44,609 nt of DNA from Candidatus Hodarchaeota archaeon (GTDB lineage: Archaea > Asgardarchaeota > Heimdallarchaeia > Hodarchaeales > Hodarchaeaceae), in contig JAEOTM010000113.1 in the NCBI GenBank assembly GCA_016839815.1, forward strand, positions 1 through 44,609. Direction: 5' to 3'. Under the pieces are notes generated by a model. That model saw only the letters and a program-made list of their open reading frames with translations. It was not told where the DNA came from and ran no database searches. A program made the position numbers and the translations under genes. Position 1 is the first letter of the stretch; each line of letters starts with the position of its first letter. This document shows positions 29,076-38,467 of this stretch, in pieces.

Positions 29076-29510
29076 TCAGCTTAAAAGATCTTTTAGCTCG
29101 GAAACCAAGCTAGAAATATCTTTTTCCTCTTCCTTGAATATTTCAGGGATTTTATGACTATAACGTCTGAGAACACGAATGGCTAGTCCTAAAGAATGTG
29201 CTTCGTTTGATGCACCAATTAAGATAAAGTCTTCTGCGGAACTTAATACTGTATAACCCTTCTCTCCCCGAACTAAGACTTCCCACAATTGTCCATGATC
29301 CATTCTGTCTACAACCATTCCACCTGTAGAAAGAACTGCTGCTGAAAGGGCAGAAAATAGATCTGGATCTGCATCTTTTTCTGAAAAGAATGCAACACTC
29401 ATCCCAGTACGAGTGACTAGTGCAAGCGCTTCTAAATCAGCATAACGTACAATTTCTTGTAATAATTTGATTAATTTCTTTTTTTGCTCAACTGTAAGTG
29501 CAAAGGCCAT
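29076..29510 (-). CDS. Roadblock/LC7 domain protein
   Basis: ALVTRTG...D.FSALSAA....G....L.EVLVRGEKG...LG roadblock pattern. Confidence 0.9.
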   Translation of the reverse strand: MAFALTVEQKKKLIKLLQEIVRYADLEALALVTRTGMSVAFFSEKDADPDLFSALSAAVLSTGGMVVDRMDHGQLWEVLVRGEKGYTVLSSAEDFILIGASNEAHSLGLAIRVLRRYSHKIPEIFKEEEKDISSLVSELKDLLS

Positions 29511-29815
29511 TTTTTCACCTTCAGAAAGGTTCTCACAATATTAGATGTTGCTTTTTAATATGAGATAAGAATCTAGATTGTGATAATTGTCATTACGAAT
29601 CATATGCTCTATTTAGGTAATAATCATCGGGTAATGATTTAAACCTTACTAAACCAAGAATCAGCAGAAAATGATATTCACATTTATTGACACAGAATTA
29701 TCAACCTTCATCTTAAGATGGATTCATAGAAAATCCTAAAAATTCCTAAATTGACGTACAGATTTTATCTTTCATTACCAGAAAGGATCTGGATGATTTA
29801 TTAAAGTGGTTAAGA

Positions 29816-30805
29816 ATGGACACTTCCCGTGAGAAGGTTATTCTCGGATTATTTGTATTAGATAGGATAATCACTTCAAAATCAAGAGAATCTACTTCAA
29901 ATGACTCAGAACATACGAATCTTACACTTGGAGGACCTCCAACCTTCATGTTATTCATATCCGAAATTTTGAGAGAGATCTTCCCAATTATGAAGAAACC
30001 TACTATATTTTCGTTCATATCTAAGCAAACTAAGAGTTTATTGGAAAAGTTATCATATAGCAATCACATTGATATCTGTTTGAGACATCTTAATACAAGT
30101 CCTAAATTCATATTAGACTACTCCCAACCAACCACTGAAAGAAAACTGACATTATTCAATCCACCAGAAGTATTTCATTGTGACTCATTTGACTGGCAGT
30201 TCCCACATCCTCCAATTTTTATTATTAGTTCTGTACACCACGAGTTTGATTCAATCCAGGTCTTTTCTTTTCTGCGAAAAATCGGGAGTTTTGTAGCTTT
30301 CGACCCTCAAGGTTGCTTTAGAACAGTTGTTAAAGATGGAAAAGTATCTTATTCAGAATGGTTTTCTCAAAAGATCTTAGCACAAACAGATTGTATAAAA
30401 CTTTCGGATAATGAGACAAAACTTCTTGGATTAGGGAGTGATGAAGAGAAGATTATTTGTTATTTATTATCGATTTCTCCGAGATATGTTTTAGTAACAA
30501 AGGGAGGGAAGGGAGCCTTATTCGGTGTGAAAGATCAGAATTCTAATCGTTGTCATATATATTCGGTTCCTGCATATACCGTAGAGAAGGTGACGAACGA
30601 AACTGGAGCAGGAGATGTATTTTTATACGGCTTTATTAGCTTCTTACAACTCCTTGGGGATGAATTAGATGCTATCGCATATGCAACTAGTCTAGCATCA
30701 CTACTAATTGAATATGGTTTTGATAAGGAGAAATTCACATTACACGAAATCAAGTACAGACAGAAAACCGTTCATTCGCAAATTAGGAAGATTTACGTTG
30801 ATTAA
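29816..30805 (+). CDS. PfkB-family carbohydrate kinase
   Basis: LGGPP, FDPQG, VTKGGKG, TGAGDVF. Confidence 0.9.
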   Translation: MDTSREKVILGLFVLDRIITSKSRESTSNDSEHTNLTLGGPPTFMLFISEILREIFPIMKKPTIFSFISKQTKSLLEKLSYSNHIDICLRHLNTSPKFILDYSQPTTERKLTLFNPPEVFHCDSFDWQFPHPPIFIISSVHHEFDSIQVFSFLRKIGSFVAFDPQGCFRTVVKDGKVSYSEWFSQKILAQTDCIKLSDNETKLLGLGSDEEKIICYLLSISPRYVLVTKGGKGALFGVKDQNSNRCHIYSVPAYTVEKVTNETGAGDVFLYGFISFLQLLGDELDAIAYATSLASLLIEYGFDKEKFTLHEIKYRQKTVHSQIRKIYVD

Positions 30806-30859
30806 GCAATCATTGTAAAGAGAATTTTCTCCCTTTCCAGCATTTTTAAATCTAGAAAA

Positions 30860-31078
30860 CTAATCAACCTTTATATAAAGGATGTTATTCCCCCGAAGAA
30901 ACGCACGGCCATATCGCTTAGTTATTTTCCCGTCCTCCATTTCAGAACAGTTTTCTAGTATTAAATTCATATATTGGTCAGTTATTTTTAATCGTCCTGT
31001 ATAAGATTGATTACTTTTGAGTGTAACAGTAATTGTTTTGCCAACGGATTTTTCTAAAGTTTGTAATGGATTGGACAT
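30860..31078 (-). CDS. Sm/Lsm RNA-binding protein (SmAP)
   Basis: Sm1 G.L...DQYMNLIL and Sm2 LRGNNI. Confidence 0.95.
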   Translation of the reverse strand: MSNPLQTLEKSVGKTITVTLKSNQSYTGRLKITDQYMNLILENCSEMEDGKITKRYGRAFLRGNNILYIKVD

Positions 31079-31177
31079 GGTACTCGTTCCTTAAAATTCA
31101 GGTATATCAAGAATAAGCTTAATTTCAACTCAATTTGATAAATTCTAAAAATGTTTCTTCACCTATTCTGAGATACA

Positions 31178-33382
31178 TTATTCTTCTTCTGAATAAAATT
31201 CATGTAATATTTCTAAATCTGGAGATTGATACAAAGCAATATATTCTTCTTTAAAGTCATTCAGTAATCTTTCTATTGTAAAATCAGCTACCTGAGACTC
31301 TTTCAGAGCAATTTTCTTTTCAATAAGTAAAGACATACGTTTTCGTCTCAATTTCTCCTCTAATCGCAATTCCTGCTTCCTAATCTCCTCCTTAACCGAA
31401 ATATCTGTTAGATATAGCTCCTCATATACCCAAATTTCTAATGGAGGATCGATAGAAGTTCGATCTCTTTCTGTATAGTTCCCCAGTGGTAATTCAATAC
31501 AAGGTATACAATTCTCATTAAAAACTTGGAGAGCTTGATCAGAAAATTTTGGAGTTCCCTCTGGAGTAAGCACTCCTCGTATCCCATAATTAATTAGTGT
31601 GAGGGCAGTTTGGGCACCTCCACCGCTAGGATCTAGCACTAAAACAATATCACCCTCATGTAATCCATAATTTATATTAGTATCCCGAATTGCTGAGTCA
31701 GAGAAGGAGTTAAGGGGTTTTAAAGGGAATTCATGACCTTGAACCCAAAAATTCTTTATTTCTTTTAACTTTCTTAATTCTGATTCATTCTTTTTTATCT
31801 TGTGTTTAAGTAATCGATTTTCCTCTTTGATTTGTCCTACTTCTCTTTCAACAACATTCGATACTTTCTTTCGAGTTTGTTGGGAATTTTTGACTCTTGC
31901 TTTTTCTAATAGATTGCTTAACCTCTTTATTTCAAGAGTTTGATCTCGAGATCGATCCCTCCAATATTTGACTTCCTGGTCAATTTTATGCATTTCCTCT
32001 GATATGGTGTCAAATTTCGCTTGCCATTGTATATTTTCGTTTTTTAAGGAATTTACTAGATGTTTAAAATCAGTTTCTTTTATCTCAGTGACGTGAGGAT
32101 CCTCTCTTCCATGAATTAAAGATATAGCATTTGTAATACTATTCCCAGCAAGAACTAAGCGTTGGATTTCAGCAAGATGCGGAATTAATGTGGAATGAGA
32201 TTCCTCAATTATCCTTTTGACTTTTTGAAATTGAGGTTTAAGGAGATTATATCCCTTTAAAGCTCCAAATAATGCATCTCTTTCATGAGAGTTCAAATGA
32301 CTATAATTTACCGTTAAATCAGAATAATCTTGAAGGTAATTTCTTTTTTGAGCGGCTGTAGTAAGCACTGAAGGGGTTAATAATTTAGCTCCTGTAATTT
32401 TCGCAACACGTTCAACCATAGCAGGTGCAGGAATGACATCCGCAGCAACACAGCTCACTTTCCCAAATTTTGTTGAAATGCGGATAATTTCTGATATTCC
32501 ACATTCACGTTTTGAGCCCAAATAAAGTACATTTCCACGATTGCAATCTAGTATCGCAATCCCAGTAGTTGTTCCTGGATCTAATCCCAAAATCACATTT
32601 TTTAGCGATTTAGCTGAAGGAGCCATAGCAACGTCTAGTGGCTTAAAGTCTAGGGTCGATCTAGTGATTCTTTGTAGAGTTACTTTTACTAAATCAGTGT
32701 TTAGAGGTTTAATCTTGATTTGTACAGAGGATATCAGCTCATTTTCTAATTGAACTAAATAAACACGTTTTTGTGGATATTTAAATACATCCCACTTAAG
32801 ATTTTGATCTTTGAGAATAGCTACTACTTCTCTTGAAGCTTGTTGAACAGCTGTTCCACTGATCCGTTCATATCGAGGAGCGGACCATCCTCCCTTTCCA
32901 TGGGATTTTTTCCGGGTTATCCGAATTTTAATTTCTTCTTCGAACGCTTCAACTATAAATCCTACTCTTTTTATACATAATCGCGCTGCTACTTCCGCTG
33001 TTTCCACAGCTGACAATTTTTTAGCCTTATAAGTAAAACTTATTGATTTTCTGAGGTTATGTTTAGTGATCAGTTGGGAAAGTTTTTCCATCCCTGTTCG
33101 TGGATTTCCAGTCACCTGTACCAAGAGTGAAGTTGGAGGGATCAATTCGAGTAGTCGAATTATTCCTTGTGCGTTTGGTGCTAATTCAAAGATATTATCT
33201 ATAGCAATATAATCTGGTTTAATATCCTGAATTTTCTTTAATAGTTGACGTTTATTCAGTTTCACGTGTTTTTCAAGGTGATCGTTGTTTATGATCACTA
33301 ATGAATAGATGCGAGAGGTTTTTTTCCCTCTTTCTTTAAATGCTAAAACATCAATGCCAAATATGATAAGTGAGCTCTTCAT
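31178..33382 (-). CDS. DUF460 protein (RNase H-like fold and coiled coil)
   Basis: AIDNIFEL, LVQVTG, GGWSAPRY, GLDPGTTTG, HERDAL. Confidence 0.9.
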   Translation of the reverse strand: MKSSLIIFGIDVLAFKERGKKTSRIYSLVIINNDHLEKHVKLNKRQLLKKIQDIKPDYIAIDNIFELAPNAQGIIRLLELIPPTSLLVQVTGNPRTGMEKLSQLITKHNLRKSISFTYKAKKLSAVETAEVAARLCIKRVGFIVEAFEEEIKIRITRKKSHGKGGWSAPRYERISGTAVQQASREVVAILKDQNLKWDVFKYPQKRVYLVQLENELISSVQIKIKPLNTDLVKVTLQRITRSTLDFKPLDVAMAPSAKSLKNVILGLDPGTTTGIAILDCNRGNVLYLGSKRECGISEIIRISTKFGKVSCVAADVIPAPAMVERVAKITGAKLLTPSVLTTAAQKRNYLQDYSDLTVNYSHLNSHERDALFGALKGYNLLKPQFQKVKRIIEESHSTLIPHLAEIQRLVLAGNSITNAISLIHGREDPHVTEIKETDFKHLVNSLKNENIQWQAKFDTISEEMHKIDQEVKYWRDRSRDQTLEIKRLSNLLEKARVKNSQQTRKKVSNVVEREVGQIKEENRLLKHKIKKNESELRKLKEIKNFWVQGHEFPLKPLNSFSDSAIRDTNINYGLHEGDIVLVLDPSGGGAQTALTLINYGIRGVLTPEGTPKFSDQALQVFNENCIPCIELPLGNYTERDRTSIDPPLEIWVYEELYLTDISVKEEIRKQELRLEEKLRRKRMSLLIEKKIALKESQVADFTIERLLNDFKEEYIALYQSPDLEILHEFYSEEE

Positions 33383-33397
33383 AATTAGAAAACCATT

Positions 33398-34306
33398 TCA
33401 GTTCTGGGGTCGATCCAACATTTTAAGTATCTCAGAAATGTCATAATGAGTTTTTACTGAAAATTTTTTCTCAAAATAATTCAGAATATTCTGACAGTCA
33501 CGCGATAAGATTTCTATGGCCTGAGGTTCCTCTGTCGTGACATATTGGGGCCAATCAATTAATACAGGGTAATCTTCCTCATTTAAGCGGATATTGTACT
33601 CACTTAAATCTCCGTGGATATATCCGTGGAGAACACTATTTTTGATTTCTTGGATAATATTGTGAAAGAGCAACGCAATTTCCTGTTCGGTTCCAAGGTC
33701 ACTTTTTTTCATGCGATAGAGATCTTGTCCTTTTACAATTTCCATAACAACTAGATGTCGATTCTGAGCAATGGGTTTTGGAACACTGGTACTAGCTTTA
33801 TAAAGATCCTTAAGAACTTTATACTCTCTTCCAGCAGATAATCTGCTTTCGTACAAAGGAGAAAGATGTCTTTTTTCTGCAATAAATGCACGACTCTTTC
33901 TAGTGGCACGAAAATCGAGTTTTCCCAGTCGATGGAACTTGATGATAAATTCATTTGCATTATCATCCATTCCAAGATGGATAGTACTTTCCTTACCTGC
34001 ACCGATTTCAGGGCCAATTTGAGCCAAGATGCCTTTCTCAACCAGTGCTTTAAGAGCGAGAGCATCATATCCAATAAAGGTGAGAGCTGTACCAAGGTAA
34101 TGACGTTGTGCAAGTAAAACAAGCTTCATTTTTCTTAATCGTTTTAATCGAATTTCAACCTTCTTTTCGGCATATTTTATAAATCGAGCAATCTCTTCTA
34201 GAGGTACAAATTCATGTTTAGCCATAAGGATTTCAATAACGGAAAGAATTCGAAAATCAAGTGGTTCGAGTTTACGAAAGTATTGAGTAATGGATAAACG
34301 CGCCAT
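33398..34306 (-). CDS. rio2: RIO2 kinase (SSU maturation)
   Basis: N-terminal wHTH (DFRIL..IE..HEFVP), GKES, KFHRLG, HGDLSEYNI, IDWPQ. Confidence 0.95.
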   Translation of the reverse strand: MARLSITQYFRKLEPLDFRILSVIEILMAKHEFVPLEEIARFIKYAEKKVEIRLKRLRKMKLVLLAQRHYLGTALTFIGYDALALKALVEKGILAQIGPEIGAGKESTIHLGMDDNANEFIIKFHRLGKLDFRATRKSRAFIAEKRHLSPLYESRLSAGREYKVLKDLYKASTSVPKPIAQNRHLVVMEIVKGQDLYRMKKSDLGTEQEIALLFHNIIQEIKNSVLHGYIHGDLSEYNIRLNEEDYPVLIDWPQYVTTEEPQAIEILSRDCQNILNYFEKKFSVKTHYDISEILKMLDRPQN

Positions 34307-34330
34307 AATTTTCGCTCATACAAAGCTAAT

Positions 34331-34422
34331 TGGTCAGTAAGTGCAACTGTCGTCATCAGCAATATGAATTAAAAATTATTAATTCAATTAGCCTCCGTAG
34401 ACCGTCTTTTTCATCATCAGGG
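34331..34422 (-). ncRNA. Box C/D guide RNA (targets peptidyl-transferase-centre H93 region)
   Basis: C ATGATGA (34417-11); guide GACGGTCTA; D' CGGA; AT hairpin; C' TGATGA; guide CGACAGTTGCACTTA; D CTGA (34337-34). Confidence 0.8.
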
Positions 34423-34590
34423 ATAATGAGAATTACAAAACCCATTTTATCCCCTCAAAGACTTAAGTAAACATAGATAGTTCGCATTAATTTTCTTTTC
34501 CAACCTAATGATAATATGATTTTTCCAGCTGTATAACCGAATTACAAGTCTAGTAAAATATTTGAATAACTTTCAGAACTTCGAGTCGAA

Positions 34591-36123
34591 ATGAAATCAA
34601 TTCAAAATGGCATTTTACTGATTTTAGTGGTGGGATTCTCCATTGGATTTTTTCCACTTATCGTGGAAGCACAGTACACGGAAACTCGAGCTGAAGAGTC
34701 ACAATTAGTACTATTAAGACCTTCGTTTGCCAATCCAGTAATCGTTGAGGAAGGAGTGGTGTTTGAGATTCATGTAAAATCTGTAAACGAGATCCATCCT
34801 ATTGAGATACAATTAATTTCATTTTTTATCACCTATAATCTTTCTATCAACGAATGGAGATTTAAGGATGAAACTATGAATTATTCTGTATTAACGCCAG
34901 AAGGAATTATCCCTCAAATATATGGAATTATCCTAGTATTCCCAACGGATACGATATTTCAGCCAAATTCAGTGATGGTTACTTCTCAAGAAAGGCAGGA
35001 TAAATCGACAATTGATTTCATCCACATAACAGATACACAACTTGATGGAGTACCAGAGCGAACTGAACAAGCGGAAATTTTGATCTCGGAAATTAATCTT
35101 TTACGACCAGATCTTGTTTTAGTTACAGGTGACCTAATTGAGGGTTTAGCTACCGTTGATGGCCAACCAATGGGAGGAAATGAGCAATATCCAATAATTT
35201 ACAATACATTGAAGGAATTAAAGGTACCTGCTTTGATCTGTAATGGTAATCACGATTTCTATATCAATGATTACGGAAATGGTGTAGAACTTTGGGAAAA
35301 ATACTTCCTTCCAATCGAATACATTAGCCAACTCTCTTACAAGAATGCATTATTTGTGGGGGCTTCAACTTATGATTACGATGGATTAACTCCCGAGCAA
35401 AGTAATTCAATCATTAATATATTTAATCAAAATATAAATAGAGTAAATCTTTTTTTTGCCCATTCTGACTATGCTTCACAATTTGAAACAATCTATTCAC
35501 AAGGAAATGTCATTGCATCATTCTTAGGACATGAACATATAGGATCTGTTCATACCGTAGGTTCTACACTTGAAATAATTACTGATAATTCAATTCCGTT
35601 TCCTCTTCATACAAGTGCACCAGGACATTTTCGTATGTGCCAAATAAATAATACTACACTGGAGTATTATGACGAAATTGAGAGCCTTAAGCTTTCATCA
35701 ACTTTAAATGAAACACAACTCGAAGAAAATGTCACATTAGTTGAGGGCACGCTTAATAATGACCATACAAACTATAATTTCTCACAAATAACTGAAGAAA
35801 TTGTACTTACAGGGATGTGGGAAACTTTCTCATCTGAAAATATTTCCAATATTGTACCATACTATAATTCAACTCACACTATGCTTGAAATTCAGTTAGT
35901 AAATATAACACAAGGACTACATAGTTTTAAGGTGAATCTGTCAAAAAAAGAAGACTATACTACTGACATTGAGACCTCCGCGCAAAGTTCCTCTCCCTCA
36001 TCAAAGACTAGTTCTCAGGTTGATACTTCATCTGAAAAATCATCTGGACTACAGTACCTCACTTTTTCTGCCAGCATTTTATTTGTACTAGTAAAAAAGA
36101 GAAAAAAAGAGGATAGAAACTAG
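34591..36123 (+). CDS. Secreted, C-terminally anchored calcineurin-like metallophosphoesterase
   Basis: Signal peptide; DTQ, TGD, GNHD, AH, GHEH; Ser-rich linker, TM, KKRKK. Confidence 0.88.
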   Translation: MKSIQNGILLILVVGFSIGFFPLIVEAQYTETRAEESQLVLLRPSFANPVIVEEGVVFEIHVKSVNEIHPIEIQLISFFITYNLSINEWRFKDETMNYSVLTPEGIIPQIYGIILVFPTDTIFQPNSVMVTSQERQDKSTIDFIHITDTQLDGVPERTEQAEILISEINLLRPDLVLVTGDLIEGLATVDGQPMGGNEQYPIIYNTLKELKVPALICNGNHDFYINDYGNGVELWEKYFLPIEYISQLSYKNALFVGASTYDYDGLTPEQSNSIINIFNQNINRVNLFFAHSDYASQFETIYSQGNVIASFLGHEHIGSVHTVGSTLEIITDNSIPFPLHTSAPGHFRMCQINNTTLEYYDEIESLKLSSTLNETQLEENVTLVEGTLNNDHTNYNFSQITEEIVLTGMWETFSSENISNIVPYYNSTHTMLEIQLVNITQGLHSFKVNLSKKEDYTTDIETSAQSSSPSSKTSSQVDTSSEKSSGLQYLTFSASILFVLVKKRKKEDRN

Positions 36124-36137
36124 AATCTATCCATTTT

Positions 36138-38186
36138 TTATTTCGGTTTCGACCGTCTAAACATAAGAACCACTGGAATTAATACTAATAATTCCAAAAA
36201 TACATAACTAGTTGATGAACTTGTGGTGGTAGTTGTAGGCTCAGGAGTATCTGTTGTGGTTGTTGTAGTTGTAGTTGTGGGTTCAGGAGTATCTGTTGTG
36301 GTTGTAGGTAGTTCCCCCACCTTCGTAATGGTCACGGATTGAGTAGTATTTGTACCTACGCTTACTCGAACATCAACAAATGTTGTACTACCTTCAGTAA
36401 ATTGATTCTCAATTTCACCTACATCTGAGTCATAGACCCCTGATACCATGTGAAAGCGTACATGAGCTTCAGATAGGGAGTGAGCTAAAGTATTATTGAT
36501 TGTAGCACTTAAACTTGTTAGAGAACCATCATTTACATCAGAATAAGCCAGTGAAACATTATTGATTGGATTGGATGGAGCATAATACATCGCACCATAG
36601 TTTGTTTGTACATAGTCTAGATCAGGAGGATTTGGAGTATCATAGAGGTACTTCGTAATATTATCATTCTCCACCTCAATCAAGCGGTACCCTGGAAAAT
36701 CTCCTACTGTTTCAGTTGTACCAATGTGTAAAAAATCTCCCAGCTCAGTATATACATTTGCATGATAATGTCCATGGAAAAAGGCATCTGCACCAATTGT
36801 TTGAAGTTTATTAACGATCGCTGTACTTTCAGTCGATGAAAGAATGGGTTCAGGATCAGGTTCCCCATACGTTACTAAAGGATGATGAAGCATGAGAAAC
36901 TTCATATCGGCTGAGCTTATTTCATCTAGAGAATTCATAACGAAATTGTAGGCATTGATTCCTGCTCCAACATCAAATTGACGATCAGAACTATCACCAC
37001 GTACAAATGCATGAGTTCCATACCTGAAAATCCCTGATGATGGGCCTATAATATTATTCCACATTCCCCTGCCACTTCCCCACTCCCAGATTCCCAGTGA
37101 GGCCGTACCTTCCCAGTCACCATGATTTCCCATTACCGAAACGACAGGTATGTCATCTAAATATAGATTACACCATCTTTTGAAGTTAGATAAAGCAATT
37201 TCGTCGGTCCACTCGGTTAAATCCCCTGCAACCAGGATAAACTCAGGATTGACAATATTTACTTCTTCTAAAACATGTGTAAAATTCCCAATACCTGTTT
37301 TTTGACTTCGAAAATCATGACCTGCTGAACCATCACGATGGAACTGGGGATCTGCGAACACAACAAACCGATAAGACGATTTGAATTCTTCAACCACTTT
37401 AATAGCGTTTGGTTCCCAATCAAATTGGGTATTTCCATCAATTAAGGCTGAAACATTCATATCATAAAGCCCTATTGCTGCTGGTAAATTGAAAGTAATT
37501 TCCCATAATTCAGTACTAAATATAGAACTTATTACAGGTTCTATTGAGTTACCTACTCCACTTAGAGATATATGCCAGTTTGATGCAGATTCCGATGCAT
37601 TGACTTTAACAGTAACTTGTGATGATTGGAGTAAAATTTGTGGTTCAGCAAATGTAGGACTCAAAACAGTGACTCTATCCTCCAAGAGTTGAGAATTGAT
37701 TAGCCAGTAATTATTATTATTCTTGTCTTGATTTCCAACGCCGTCAACAAAATAACAGGCAAGATAATCAGGTTTATCATTGAGTATAATTGAGAGGGAC
37801 CAAATTCCTGAACTTCCATTCTTGGACATTGGAGACTTCGCGAATCGATAAGGAGCAACCACTTCTGTATCCTCTGGCCACATTTCGGGAGAGGGGGGAA
37901 CAGCACCAAACGGTTTATTGGTTAAAAGTTGGTTACCTCGCAGATACATTCCCCACATTAGAGAGATATTTTCTGCACTAGGAGTAAGAACTGCATTAGT
38001 TGCTGATGGATCGTAAAATATCGTGACTTCTTCTCCAACATTGGGAATTGAAGGAGTCCAGCTTACAGGATCATCCGCAGAAGTTCCTCCACTTATACCT
38101 TGAGTATTAGAACTTCCAGTCAATAAGAGCAAAATTAGGCCAATAATAATCAATGTTTTAATTTTATTTACATTTCCTATTCTCAT
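36138..38186 (-). CDS. Secreted CBM-like + metallophosphoesterase surface protein
   Basis: N-domain VTIFYDP..WG..PM..W....FVDG..DKNNNNYW; DPQ, AGD, GNHG, HHP, GHYH; Thr-rich linker, TM, basic tail. Confidence 0.88.
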   Translation of the reverse strand: MRIGNVNKIKTLIIIGLILLLLTGSSNTQGISGGTSADDPVSWTPSIPNVGEEVTIFYDPSATNAVLTPSAENISLMWGMYLRGNQLLTNKPFGAVPPSPEMWPEDTEVVAPYRFAKSPMSKNGSSGIWSLSIILNDKPDYLACYFVDGVGNQDKNNNNYWLINSQLLEDRVTVLSPTFAEPQILLQSSQVTVKVNASESASNWHISLSGVGNSIEPVISSIFSTELWEITFNLPAAIGLYDMNVSALIDGNTQFDWEPNAIKVVEEFKSSYRFVVFADPQFHRDGSAGHDFRSQKTGIGNFTHVLEEVNIVNPEFILVAGDLTEWTDEIALSNFKRWCNLYLDDIPVVSVMGNHGDWEGTASLGIWEWGSGRGMWNNIIGPSSGIFRYGTHAFVRGDSSDRQFDVGAGINAYNFVMNSLDEISSADMKFLMLHHPLVTYGEPDPEPILSSTESTAIVNKLQTIGADAFFHGHYHANVYTELGDFLHIGTTETVGDFPGYRLIEVENDNITKYLYDTPNPPDLDYVQTNYGAMYYAPSNPINNVSLAYSDVNDGSLTSLSATINNTLAHSLSEAHVRFHMVSGVYDSDVGEIENQFTEGSTTFVDVRVSVGTNTTQSVTITKVGELPTTTTDTPEPTTTTTTTTTDTPEPTTTTTSSSTSYVFLELLVLIPVVLMFRRSKPK
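36241..36305. repeat. 23-bp direct repeat in the Thr-rich linker (TTTDTPE x2)
   Basis: tcaggagtatctgttgtggttgt at 36241 and 36283. Confidence 0.85.
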
Positions 38187-38467
38187 CAGAAGTATTCACC
38201 TTTCAAATTAAGTCAAATCTGGATTTTGAGATGTTTCAAAGATCTGAGATTAAAATTTTTTTGGTTAAGTAGAACGGAATTTAACTCTAAAAATCGCTTC
38301 AATTCCTCATTTTATGAATTTTTATACCTAAAATGGATCAACAGAAGAATTTCAATTAATTTAATATAAAAATATTGGTAATTTTCAATCTGTTACTCTT
38401 TCCCCATAATGTTTAAGAAGATCTAGGAAAATTGAGGGATAAAGAGAAAAATTTCTTCTGTTAAAAA

